DNA from: Squalus acanthias
Lineage: Eukaryota
Assembly: GCA_030390025.1 (NCBI GenBank)
Contig: CM059425.1
Location: forward strand, 173,478,001-173,542,000
Reading direction: 5' to 3'
Length of the DNA: 64,000 nucleotides
Shown here: positions 1 to 10,100 of the stretch, piece after piece
How positions within the stretch are numbered: position 1 is the stretch's first letter
How the letters are laid out: every line of letters begins with the position of its first letter
Translations under genes and position numbers: made by a program
The notes under the pieces: model-generated
What the model was told of the DNA's origin: nothing
Seen by the model: only the letters and a program-made list of their open reading frames with translations
The model's database searches: none

Positions 1-84
1 AAGATTGATTCCTGGGATGGCGGGACTGTCATATGAGAAGAGATTGAGTAAACTAGGCCTGTATTCTCTTGAATTCAGAAGAAT
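1..84 (+). mobile_element. CR1 LINE ORF2 3' fragment (old host element; continues at 9515)
   Basis: Reads RLIPGMAGLSYEKRLSKLGLYSLEFRR and resumes as MRGDLIEAYKII at 9515; AAT duplicated at 82-84 and 9515-9517. Confidence 0.85.
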
Positions 85-285
85 AGATAGGCGTTTCTGC
101 GGCCGAAAACGAGACTCCAGGATGGTATGTTGCCTCCCTGGTGCAAGGGTCAAGGATGTCTCGGAGCGGCTGCATGGCATTCTGGAGAGGGAGGGTGAAC
201 AGCCAGTTGTCATGGTGCATATACGTACCAATGATATAGGTAAAAACCAGGATGAGGTCCTAAAAGCTGAATATAGGGAGTCATA

Positions 286-1058
286 GGGGGAAAAATTCAG
301 CTGCTTGCGCCTCCCGTTAGCGCCTTAAGAGGGCGCTAATGGGGCGTAAAGCAGCTAACGCCCGGGCGCAGCGCCGCCCACGCCTCCCGAAAAATTTAGT
401 GGGAGGTTAGCGGCGGCGGCAGCCGGTAGCGCCCTGTGGCGCTGCGCCGCCGGCGATGACGTCATCGCCGTGCGCAGCACCCCGCTCGCGCCCCGGCCGT
501 GATCTTCAGTCGCGCCCCCTGATTTACCGCCAGACGCTATGTCCGACGGGTTCAGGGAGGCGTACGTGCGGCCGGGGCGGCGATATTTAAAGGGGAGGTG
601 GCAGGCGGCCATTTTTGTTGCTGGCCGCCTGCCAGCACCTGCCCCCGTTGCTGTCCCCGGCCCCCGTGAAGCCCCCCGACCGTGAAGTGCCGGCTGCGCT
701 CCAAGAGCCCGGCACTTCTCTTGAGTGCCGGGCTCTTTTGCCGGCACTCCCGATCCCTGGGAGCCCAGCTGGGCCCCGGTTCGCGCTGCGCAGGGTCCCT
801 CCCCTTTAAGAAGGGGAGGAAGGCCTGCAATACCGCGGCGCGACGTGCCGCAGCGCGTGGCGCTGCGGCACGTAGCGCCAGGATATTCACTCGCAGCGCC
901 CCAAGAGGGATGCGGGGTGCTTCCAGTGGCGCCCCGCTTCCCTCTTGGGGCGCAACCACTGAAGTTCCGGCGCGGGGCCGCTAATTTTTTCGGGGCGCTA
1001 AAAGTCGCGCCCCGGCGAGGTTAGCGCCCCAAATGGGGCGCGACCTAATTTCTACCCC
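286..1058. mobile_element. Non-autonomous Harbinger element (MITE, 773 bp)
   Basis: TIRs GGGGGAAAAATT / AATTTCTACCCC; ATA TSD at 283-285 and 1059-1061; both subterminal regions match the autonomous element ends; CpG-rich. Confidence 0.93.
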
Positions 1059-1428
1059 ATAGAGTCATAGGGGGAAAAATTAGGTCGCGCCCCATTTGGG
1101 GCGCAAATATCGTCTGCACGCAAATATTAGCGCCTGGCGCTAATTATCGCCACTGACTGGAAACTTCACTTTTACCGCCCCGGGAGGTGAGTGGAGCGCT
1201 AAATCAGGCGCTGCACACCTGTCTTAAGGCGCAAAGGCCGAGCAGTGAGGCGCTAACTCAGCGCGCGAGCGCAGCGCAGCTGCTGCCAGTTAGCGAGGGA
1301 ACACAGACACACTGGCGCCGGCCACTTCTTAAAGCGGGGGGGGCCAACTTGCTCCCCAGCCACACCCTGCTCATTGCAGCCTTGAATCTCGGCCTGGAGA
1401 GACCTGTGAATCCATTTTGCTGCCAAGG

Positions 1429-3248
1429 ATGGAGAGGGTGAGAGAACGAGCTCATCGCTTCACCGAGCGGGCCTTGGATGCTCTGCTTGGCGCGGTGGAG
1501 CGCAGAAGATGTATACTCTTCCCTGAGAGTGGCAGGAGGCCTTTGCCACGCGAGTACAGAAGAGTGTGGAGGGAGGTGGCTCAGAGCGTCTCCTCCAGGA
1601 GCATGGTGCCCAGGACCCATACTCAATGCCGCAAAAAGTTCAACGACCTCACTCGGGTCGTCAGGGTGAGTGGCTTTTTCTCAATACCTCTCCATCCCTC
1701 CATCTCAACCTCACTCTATGGCCAGAGGGTCTTAAAACCCCAATGCACAACACTCATCCAACACCTATGGCCCTTTCATGAAAAACACACACACATTCCA
1801 CACTTTGCATACAGTAAGGGCTATTCACCTATGGGAGGCACATCAGGCAAGACCATGGCTGCATACAGTAAGGGCTATTCACCTATGGGAGGCACATCAG
1901 GCAAGACCATGGTTGTATATTTACTCAGATGCTGTCCTTTTTCTTGCAGGCCAAGCTGGCGCATAATCGGAGACAGCAGCAACGGACAGGTGGAGGGCGG
2001 CCTCAGCTGCAACCCCTCAGCGATCTTGAGGAGCGCGTCCACAGGATTGTGGCAAGCCGGGTGATCGGTCCCGTCGCCACTGGAGACGCCGACCCCGTTC
2101 TGGACAGCAATGGTAAGGTCATCACCTTTTTGTCCTCTGTCCTTCCACTTGTCCCTCACAACACCAGCCTTTGACACTTTCAATCCAACTTGCTAACTCG
2201 CTGCACTTATTCCTCCCTTACTGCCACCCTGTCCTCACGCTAAAGCCACTCTTGTACCTCCCTGCTTTCAGATGGTGATTCACCAGCCGAGGAGACAGGC
2301 CCTGAAGCTGCCACTGGGAGTGAAGCTGCAGCCGAGGAGGAAGAGGAAGCCGGAGCATCAGTGCCACCCTCTCCCGAGGAAGCCCATGCCCACACTGGGA
2401 ACACGCCTTCCCTGGAGGGGAGCAGGGGGGAAGGGTCTGATGAGGGTGAAGCTCCAGGACCCAGCGGGCTGCAGCAACGCCATGGGGATAGGGAAGAACG
2501 GGGGCCTTCTCCCCAGAGGGAGAGTAGGCCAGAGACTCCTACTGCAATGGACGCAGAGGAGGAGCGGCTGATCGCAGAAATGAACACCCAGGCGGTGGGC
2601 ATGCACACTGAGCTCATGGGTGCAGTGGGAAGGGTGCCCGAATGCATTGAGTCACTGGCAAGGAGTGTGGAGCACTTCGCTGTAGCACAGGCGGATGCCA
2701 CACTAACGCTTAGTGCTGCAATTCAGTCACTGGCTGCCGTGATCCCATCTCTGACTGCTCTCATGCAGACTCAGATTGAGGCCACGCGAGCACAGACTGC
2801 TGCCAACCTCGATGGTTCGTTCACATGTCCCCGGGGCTCTCACCGCGCCGCAGCAGGCCAGCAATCTGTTCTCCAGCAGATTGCTCCGGATGCTGAAGTG
2901 CTGCCCCGTGGGAGTGCCAGTGTGTCGGGCGAGCAGGGAGTTGCTGTCCTCTCTCATGATGACAGCATTCCTGCTGCCAACACTGTCACTTCTCCACTGC
3001 ACTTGCCACCGCCTGTAGGACAGACTGCTGCCGCCCATGCAGAGTTGGTTCAGTCTGCAGCCGGGCCCTCCAGGCACAGAACTGGTCGAGGCCGTCCTTC
3101 AGGGGCATCTGCAGTGTCAGGGTCTGACGAGCAGCAGCCTTCCACCAGCCTTGCTGCAGCCACTGAGGTCCCATTACGGAGGAGCAGTAGGGTTAGAAGG
3201 GGGGAAGTGCGCAAGGGAAGGAGATCACCCTCGAAGGGCAAAAAGTAG
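1429..3248 (+). CDS. Harbinger Myb/SANT-like DNA-binding protein, spliced: join(1429-1665,1950-2112,2272-3248), 458 aa
   Basis: Exon 1 RFTERALDALL...W.EVA..V....RT..QCRKKFNDL is a Myb/trihelix-like domain; exon 2 has RTGGG...LSDLEERV. GT-AG introns (GTGAGT 1666, TTGCAG 1949, GTAAGG 2113, TTTCAG 2271) join in frame (1377 nt) with no internal stop; basic C-terminal tail. Confidence 0.85.
1807..1914 (+). repeat. 54-bp tandem repeat, 2 copies, in intron 1 of the Myb-like gene
   Basis: Unit GCATACAGTAAGGGCTATTCACCTATGGGAGGCACATCAGGCAAGACCATGGCT. Confidence 0.95.
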
Positions 3249-3560
3249 GAGGTGTGACAAAATGCTGGTCATTTTTTTATTAAAGGTCGAGGTTCATGGT
3301 CCAACTTTTGTTTAGTGTTTTGGACATTATCTCCAGGTTGTGAGAACCAGTTATGTTATTGACTGTTTTTTTGTGTTTATTTCTATGAGTTTGTCATGAG
3401 GAATTGACACACACAGAGTTTGTAAAATAAATAAGTTTCTGTATTCAAAATATACATGGTTGGTGTTTGGAATTATTGGTGCCTTGGCCGGCTTAGGGGT
3501 TGCGTGCTGGGTTCATTGATGTTGTACGCAATGGCAGAAGCCATTTCCACAGCAGGGGCC

Positions 3561-4643
3561 CTAGAAGCGGCTTGCTATTAGCCGTTGACGGACGGCCCTT
3601 GCAGTTTCACCATTGTGGGCCGCCCTCCCGCCTTGGTGCTGCTGATGATCATCCTCCTCGTCCTCTTCCTCCTCTTCCTCCTCCTCCTCTGGTGGTGCTC
3701 CAAGGCCTGGTGGCATTGGCTGGGTCCTGACGATTGCCATGTTATGCAACATGCAGCACACAACTACGAAGTTGGATACTCGCTCAGGCGAGTACTGCAG
3801 GGCTCCTCCAGAATGGTCGAGACAGCGGAACCGTTGCTTCAGCACGCCGATTGTGCGCTCAATTATATTCCTGGTAGCTTGATGGCTCTCATTGTACCGC
3901 AGCTCAGCAGGGGTGTTGGGCGTACGGAGCGGTGTCATCAGCCAGGTGCTCAATGCATACCCCTTGTCCCCGAGAAGCCAACCAACTGGCTGATGCGGTG
4001 CCTCGAAAAGTTCTGCCACAGTAGTCTGGCGCAGGATAAAAGCATCGTGGCAGCTGCCAGGATAGTGGGCATTGACAGCGAGTATCAGCTGTCTGTGGTC
4101 ACAGACCAACTGAACATTCAAGGAATGGAACCCCTTTCTGTTCCGGAATTCCTCGGCATTCTCATGCGGAGCACGCAAAGCCACATGCGTGCAGTCAATG
4201 GCGCCCTGCACCATGGGGAAGCCCGCTATCCTCGCAAAGCCCAGAGCGCGGTCACGCTGCTTGTCTGGGGTCATGGGGAAAGAGATGAACTCTCGTCTCC
4301 TTTTAAAGAGGGCATTTGTGACCTGCCGGATGCAGCAATGCACCGCGAACTGGGAGATATTGGCGAGGTCCCCAGCAGCAGCTTGAAATGAGCCAGTAGC
4401 GTAGAAGTTGAGAGCCACTGTGACCTTCACTGCCACCGACAGAGACGTCCTGGACCTCAGTTGAGGCTGCAGATCTGGCTGCAGCAGGTGGCAGAGCTCA
4501 GTGACCACCTCCTTGCTGAATCGCAGCCTTCGCAAACACAGCTCCTCAGACATATGAATGTAGGAGAGCTGTTCACGATATACCCTGGGAGGGTAAGCTC
4601 TCCTGTACATACGCCTGTTGGCCCTCCTCCGTCTGGCCATCAT
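3561..4643 (-). CDS. Harbinger/PIF DDE transposase (HARBI1-like, DDE_Tnp_4 type), 360 aa from first ATG; frame open up to 4790
   Basis: GAIDCTHV, NRKGFHSLNVQLVCD, YPGSCHDA, LLGDKGY, IERTIGVLKQRFRCL, CCMLHN; uninterrupted; acidic tail. Confidence 0.96.
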   Translation of the reverse strand: MMARRRRANRRMYRRAYPPRVYREQLSYIHMSEELCLRRLRFSKEVVTELCHLLQPDLQPQLRSRTSLSVAVKVTVALNFYATGSFQAAAGDLANISQFAVHCCIRQVTNALFKRRREFISFPMTPDKQRDRALGFARIAGFPMVQGAIDCTHVALRAPHENAEEFRNRKGFHSLNVQLVCDHRQLILAVNAHYPGSCHDAFILRQTTVAELFEAPHQPVGWLLGDKGYALSTWLMTPLRTPNTPAELRYNESHQATRNIIERTIGVLKQRFRCLDHSGGALQYSPERVSNFVVVCCMLHNMAIVRTQPMPPGLGAPPEEEEEEEEEDEEDDHQQHQGGRAAHNGETARAVRQRLIASRF

Positions 4644-7600
4644 TGCCACTCTCTCTCTGCGTCTCTGTGTCCTCTGATTCAGCTGGAGCAGGACAACGCC
4701 CCCAATCAGTGCAGCCCTCAAAGTCTCTTTGCAAGCAAAGTAATGAAGGACAGCAACTAAAGTACTAGCGAAGTTAGGATCAGTAGGCAAAACTACCTTA
4801 CAAAGCGTTGAGTCAATGCAGAAGTCTCTCTTTCTCTCTCTCCGAATCTCTCTCTCTCTCTCAGAACGAGTGGTGCAAAAATGTCAACCACAGAAAAAGA
4901 CAGGAAGAGGCCCCCTTTAAATAGCGCCCCCCCCAGCCCCACAGCGATTGATAGCGTTCCAGTCTTCCGGTCGTTGGATGCGCCAGGCGGTAAGGCAGGG
5001 GGCGCCACTCAATTTCCGCTCCGGGGCGCCACAAGGGCGTTGCACCGTGGAATGACGTCACAATCTGCGCGCGCAGGTGGTCGCAGCGGTAAAGTTTAGC
5101 GCCGCCGCACAATCTCTAGTTAAGTTCCCGAGCGGCGCAAACATCGCTGCGCCCGGGCGTTAGCGGCTTTGCGCCCCATTAGCGCCCTCTTAAGGCGCTA
5201 ACGGGAGGCGCAACCAACTGAATTTTTACCCCATAGAGTCATACAGCACAGAAAGAGGCCCTTCGGCCCTTCTTGTCCGCGCCGGCCATCAAGCGCTGTC
5301 TATTCTAATTCAATTTTCCAGCACTTGGTCCATAGCCTTGTATGCTATGGCGTTTCAAGTGCTCATCTAAATGCTTCTTGAATGTTGTGAGGGTTCCTGC
5401 CTCTACCACCCTTTCAGGCAGTGCGTTCCAGATTCCAACCACCCTCTGGGTGAAAAAGTTTTTCCTCAAATCCCCTCTAAACCTCCTGCCCCTTACCTTG
5501 AAACTATGCCCTCTGGTTATTGACCCCTCTACTAAGGGGAAAAGTTCCTTTCTCTCTACCCTATCTATGCCCCTCATAATTTTTTACACCTCAATCAGGT
5601 CCCCCCTCAGCCTTCTCTGCTCTAAGGAAAACAACCCCAGCCTGTCCAGTCTCTCTTCATAGCTGAAGCGCTGCAGCCCAGGTAACATCCTGGTGAATCT
5701 CCTCTGCACCCTCTCCAATGCAATCACAGCCTTCCTATAGTGTGGTGACCAGAACTGCACACAGTATTCCAGCTGTGGCCTAACTAGCGTTTTGTACAGC
5801 TCCATTATAACCTCCCTGCTCTTATATTCTATGCCTCAGCTAATGAAGGCAAGTATCCCATATGCCTTTTTAACCACCTTATCTACTTGTCCTGCTGCCT
5901 TCAGGGATCTATGTACATGCACACCAAGGTGCCTCTGATCCTCTGTCCTTCCTAGGGTCCTACCATTCATTGTGTATTCCCTTGCCTTGTTTGTCCTCCC
6001 AAAATGCATCACCTCACACTTTTCAGGGTTAAATTCCATTTGGCACTGTTCTGCCCATCTAACCAACCAGTCTATATCGTCCTGTAGCCTGAGGCTTCCC
6101 TCCTCGCTATTTACCACCCCACCAATTTTCGTGTCATCTGTGAACTTAAGAGGAGTTAGGAGGTAAATTAAAAACTAGGACCTCAAAGGTAGTAATCTCA
6201 GGATTGCTACCAGTGCCACGTGCTAGTCAGAGTAGAAATAGAAGGATATTTCAGATGAATACGTGGCTAGAGGAATGGTGCAAGGGGGAGGGATTCAAAT
6301 TCCTGGGCCATTGGAACCAGTTCTGGGGGAGGTGGGACCAGTACAATCTGGACGGTTTACACCTGGGCAGGACCAGGACTGATGTCCCAGGGGGAGTGTT
6401 TGCTAGTGCTGTTGGGGATGGTTTAATCTAAAATGACAGGGGGTTGGGAACCTATGCAGGGAGACAGAGGAAAGGGAAGCAAGGATAGAAGCAAAAGACA
6501 GGAAGGAGAAAAGCAAAAGTGGCAGTCAGAGAAATCAAGGGTGTAAATCAAACATGGCCACAGTAAATAATAATTCTAAAAGGTCTAAGAGTGTTAAAAA
6601 AACACGCCTGAAGGCTTTGTGTCTTAATGCGAGGAGCATTCGTAATAAGGTGGATGAATTAGCTGCGCAAATAGATGTAAACGGATATGATATAATTGGG
6701 ATTAAGGAGACATGGCTCCAAGGTGACCAAGGCTGGGAATTCAACATCCAGGGGTATTCAATATTCAGGAAAGACAGGCAAAAAGAAAAGAAGGTGGGGT
6801 AGCATTGCTGGTTAAAGAGGAGATTAACACAATAGTAAGGAAGGATATTAGCTCTGATGATGTGGAATCTGTATGGGTAGAGCTGAGAAATACCAAGGGG
6901 CTGAAAACGTTAGTGCGAGTTGTATACAGACCTCCAAACAGTAATGCTGAGGTTGGGGATGGCATTAAACGGGAAATTAGAGACGTGTGCAATAAGGGCA
7001 CAGCAGTTATCATGGGTGACTTTAATCTACATACAGATTGGGCTAACCAAATTAGTAACAATACTGTGGAGGAGGAATTCCTAGAGTGTATACGGGATGG
7101 TTTCCTGGACCAATATGTCGAGGAACCAACTAGAGATCAGGCCATCTTAGACTGGGTATTATGTAATGAGAAAGGATTAATTAGCAATCTTGTTGTGCGA
7201 GGCCCCTTGCGGTGGAGCGATCATAATATGATAGAATTCTTCATTAAGATGGAGAGTGAAGTAGTTGACTCAGAGACTAGGGTCCTGAATTTAAATAAAG
7301 GAAACTACGATGGTATGAGGCGTGAATTGGCTCGGATGGATTGGGGAGCGTTACTTAAAGGGTTGACGGTGATAGGCAATGGCAAACATTTAAAGATCGC
7401 ATGGATGAACTACAGAATTTGTTCATCCCTGTTTGGCATAAAAATAAAACAAAAAAGGTGACTCAACCGTGGCTAACAAGGGAAATTAGGGATAGCATAA
7501 GATCCAAGGAGAGGACATATAAATTGGCCAGAAAAAGCAGCAAGCCTGAGGATTGGGAGCAGTTTAGGATTCAGCAAAGGAGGACAAAGGGATTAATTAA

Positions 7601-9514
7601 GAGGGGGGAAATAGAGTATGAGAGTAAGCTTACAGGGAACATAAAAACTGACTGTAAAAGCTTCTATATATATGTGAAGAGAAAAAGATTGGTGAAGTCA
7701 AGCGTAGGTCCCTTGCAGTCAGAATCAGGGGAATTTATAATGGGGAACAAAGGAATGGCAGACCAATTAAATACATACTTTGGTTCTGTCTTCACAAAGG
7801 AGTACACAAATAACCTCCCAGAGATGTCGGGGAACATAGGGTCTAATGAGAGGAAAGAACTGAATGAAATCAGTATTTGTAGGGAAATGGTGTTAGGGAA
7901 ATTGATGGAATTGAAGGCCAATAAATCCCCAGGGCCTGATAATCTACATCCTAGGGTACTTAAGGAAGTGGCCCTAGAAATAGTAGATGCATTGCTGGTC
8001 ATCTTCCAAAATTCTATAGACTCTGGAACAGTTCCCATGGATTGGAGGGTAGCTAATGTAACCCCACTATTTAAAAAAGGTGGTAGAGAGAAAATGGGGA
8101 ATTATAGACTGGTAAGCATGACATCGGTAGTGGGCAAAATGCTAGAGTCCATTATAAAAGATGTAATAGCAGAGCACTTGGAAAACAGTGACAGGATCGG
8201 ACAAAGTCAACATGGATTTACAAAAGGTAAATCATGCTTGACTAATCTACTGGAATTTTTTGAGGATGTAACTGGTAGAATAGATAAGGGAGAACCAGTG
8301 GATGTGGTGTATTTGGACTTTCAGAAGGCTTTTGATAAGGTCCCACATAAGAGATTAGCGTGCAAAGTTAAAGCACATGTGATTGGGGGTAAGGTACTGA
8401 CTTGGATAGAGAACTGGTTGGCAGACAGGAAGCAAAGAGTTGGAATAAACGGGTCTGTTTCCGAGAGGCAGGCAGTGACTAGTGGGGTACCGCAGAGATC
8501 GTTGCTAGGACCCCAGCTATTCACAATATATATTAATGATCTAGACGAGGGAACTAGATGTAATATCTCCAAGTTTGCAGACGACACAAAGCTGGGTGTG
8601 CGTGTGTGTTGTGAGGAGGATACCGAGAAACTCCAGTATGATTTGGACAAGTTCGGTGATTGGGCAGATGCATGGTAGATGCAGTATAATGTGGATAAAT
8701 GCGAGGTTATCCACTTTGGTGGCAAAAACAGGAAGGCTGATTATTATTTGAACGGCAATAGATTGGGAAAAAGGGAAGTGCAACAAGACCTCGGAGTCCT
8801 TGTGCATCAGTCGTTGAAGGTAAGCATGCAGGTGCAGCAGGCGGTTAAGAAGGCAAATGGTATGTTGGCCTTCATAGCGAGAAGATTCAAGTACAGTAGC
8901 AAGGATGTCTTGCTGCAGTTGTACAGGGCCTTGGTGAGACCACACCTTGAGTATTGTGTGCAGTTTTGGTCGCCTTATCTGAGGAAGGATGTTCTTGCCA
9001 TGGAGGGAGCGCAGCGAAGATTCACCAGACTGATACCTGGGATGGCAGGAATGACGTATGAAGAGAGATTGGGACGATTGGGCTTGAATTCACTAGAGTT
9101 TAGAAGAATGAGGGGGGATCTCATTGAAGCTTATAAAATTCTAACAGGACTAGACAGACTAGATGCAGGAAGGATGTTCCCGATGGCGGGGGAGTCCAGA
9201 ACCAGGGGTCACAGTCTAAGGATAAGGGATAAGCCATTTAGGACTGAGATGAGGAGGAATTTCTTCACCCAGAGAGTGGTGAACCTGTGGAATTCTCTAC
9301 CACAGAAGGCAGTTGAGGCCAATTCATTAAATAAAATCAAGAAGGAGTTAGATATATTTTTTAAGGCTAAAGGGATCAAGGGATATGGGGAGAAAGCAGG
9401 GACAGGGTACTGAATTTGGATGATCAGCCATGATCTCATTAAATGGCGGAGCAGGCTCGAGGGGCCGAATGGCCTACTCCTGCTCCTATCTTCTATGTTT
9501 CTATGTTTCTATGT

Positions 9515-10100
9515 AATGAGAGGGGATCTCATTGAAGCGTACAAAATTATTACAGGGCTTTGACATGGATCTTGTCATTCATGTGGAAATGACTTATGAA
9601 ATAATACTGGGCGGCCAGCTTGCTCAAGACATTCTTTAACAGGAACTATGGAAGGACACAACTAGACCTCCAAGTTGAAAAACAGTTGATTAAAGCTTTG
9701 TTTAACGCTTAGACCAAGTGCCTAGTCGTTTTCTTACGTCAGGCTTGATAGGGTGGATGCTGGGAGAATGTTTCCCTTGGCTGGGGAGTCTAGAACCAGG
9801 GGCCACAGTCTCAAGATAAAGGCTAGGCCATTCAGGACTGAGATGAGAAAAAAAATTCTTCACACAGAGAGTGGTGAATCTTTGGAATTCTCTACCCCAG
9901 AGGGCTGTGGAGGCTCAGTCATTGGGTATATTCAAAACAGAAGTCGATAGATTTCTGACCAGTCAGGGCATCAAGGGATATGGCGATAGGGCCGATGAAT
10001 GGAGTTGAAGCAGAAGATCAGCCATGATCTCATTGAATGGCGGAGCAGGCTCGAAGGGCCGTATGGCCTACTCCTGCTCCTATTCCTTATGTTCTCATGT
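9515..10100 (+). mobile_element. Remainder of the old CR1 3' end (continuation of 1-84), interrupted by a solo LTR
   Basis: RGDLIEAYKIITGL / LDRVDAGRMFPLAGESRTRGHSL, then CR1 3' UTR ending TTCCTTATGTTCTCATGT. Confidence 0.85.
9561..9741. mobile_element. Short solo LTR (181 bp)
   Basis: TGACAT...ACGTCA termini, 5-bp TSD GGCTT (9556-9560, 9742-9746), ATTAAA near 9689; cleanly splits CR1 coding sequence. Confidence 0.75.

Larger units (their letters stand above)
1070..5232. mobile_element. Full-length autonomous-type PIF/Harbinger DNA transposon
   Basis: TIRs GGGGGAAAAATT / AATTTTTACCCC; ATA TSD at 1067-1069 and 5233-5235; encodes a Myb/SANT-like protein (+) and a DDE transposase (-) convergently. 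Confidence 0.96.
278..6148 (-). mobile_element. CR1 LINE 3' fragment (body 5236-6148) whose 8-bp tail repeat was hit by two Harbinger elements
   Basis: Minus ORFs 5305-6117 give the CR1 RT C-terminus, near-identical to 12640-13540. Tail units GAGTCATA at 278-285, 1062-1069 and 5236-5243. Confidence 0.88.
85..9514 (+). mobile_element. CR1 LINE, 5'-truncated within ORF1 (SGNH esterase) plus disrupted ORF2 (APE endonuclease-RT); interrupted at ~278-6148
   Basis: ORF1 motif VCCLPGARV..VHI.TNDIG breaks at ~280 and resumes ELGGKLKTRTSKVVISG at ~6152. ORF2 has NARSIRNK, GDFN, SDHN, FADDTK, with frameshifts and a stop at 8676-8678. 3' tail (TTCTATGT)n at 9491-9514; AAT TSD. Confidence 0.92.

Noticed and set aside
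286..1330. CpG-island promoter and several short GC-rich ORFs
   Set aside because: Explained by young Harbinger ends; the ORFs have no motifs.
3585..4391. 268-aa antisense ORF present in both transposase copies (also 57894-58700)
   Set aside because: It is codon-in-register with a GC3-rich gene that seldom uses TTA/CTA/TCA, so an open antisense frame is expected; no recognisable domain.
3561..4790. Domesticated host HARBI1 gene
   Set aside because: Lies within TIRs and a TSD, is paired with a Myb-like gene and is multicopy in the window.
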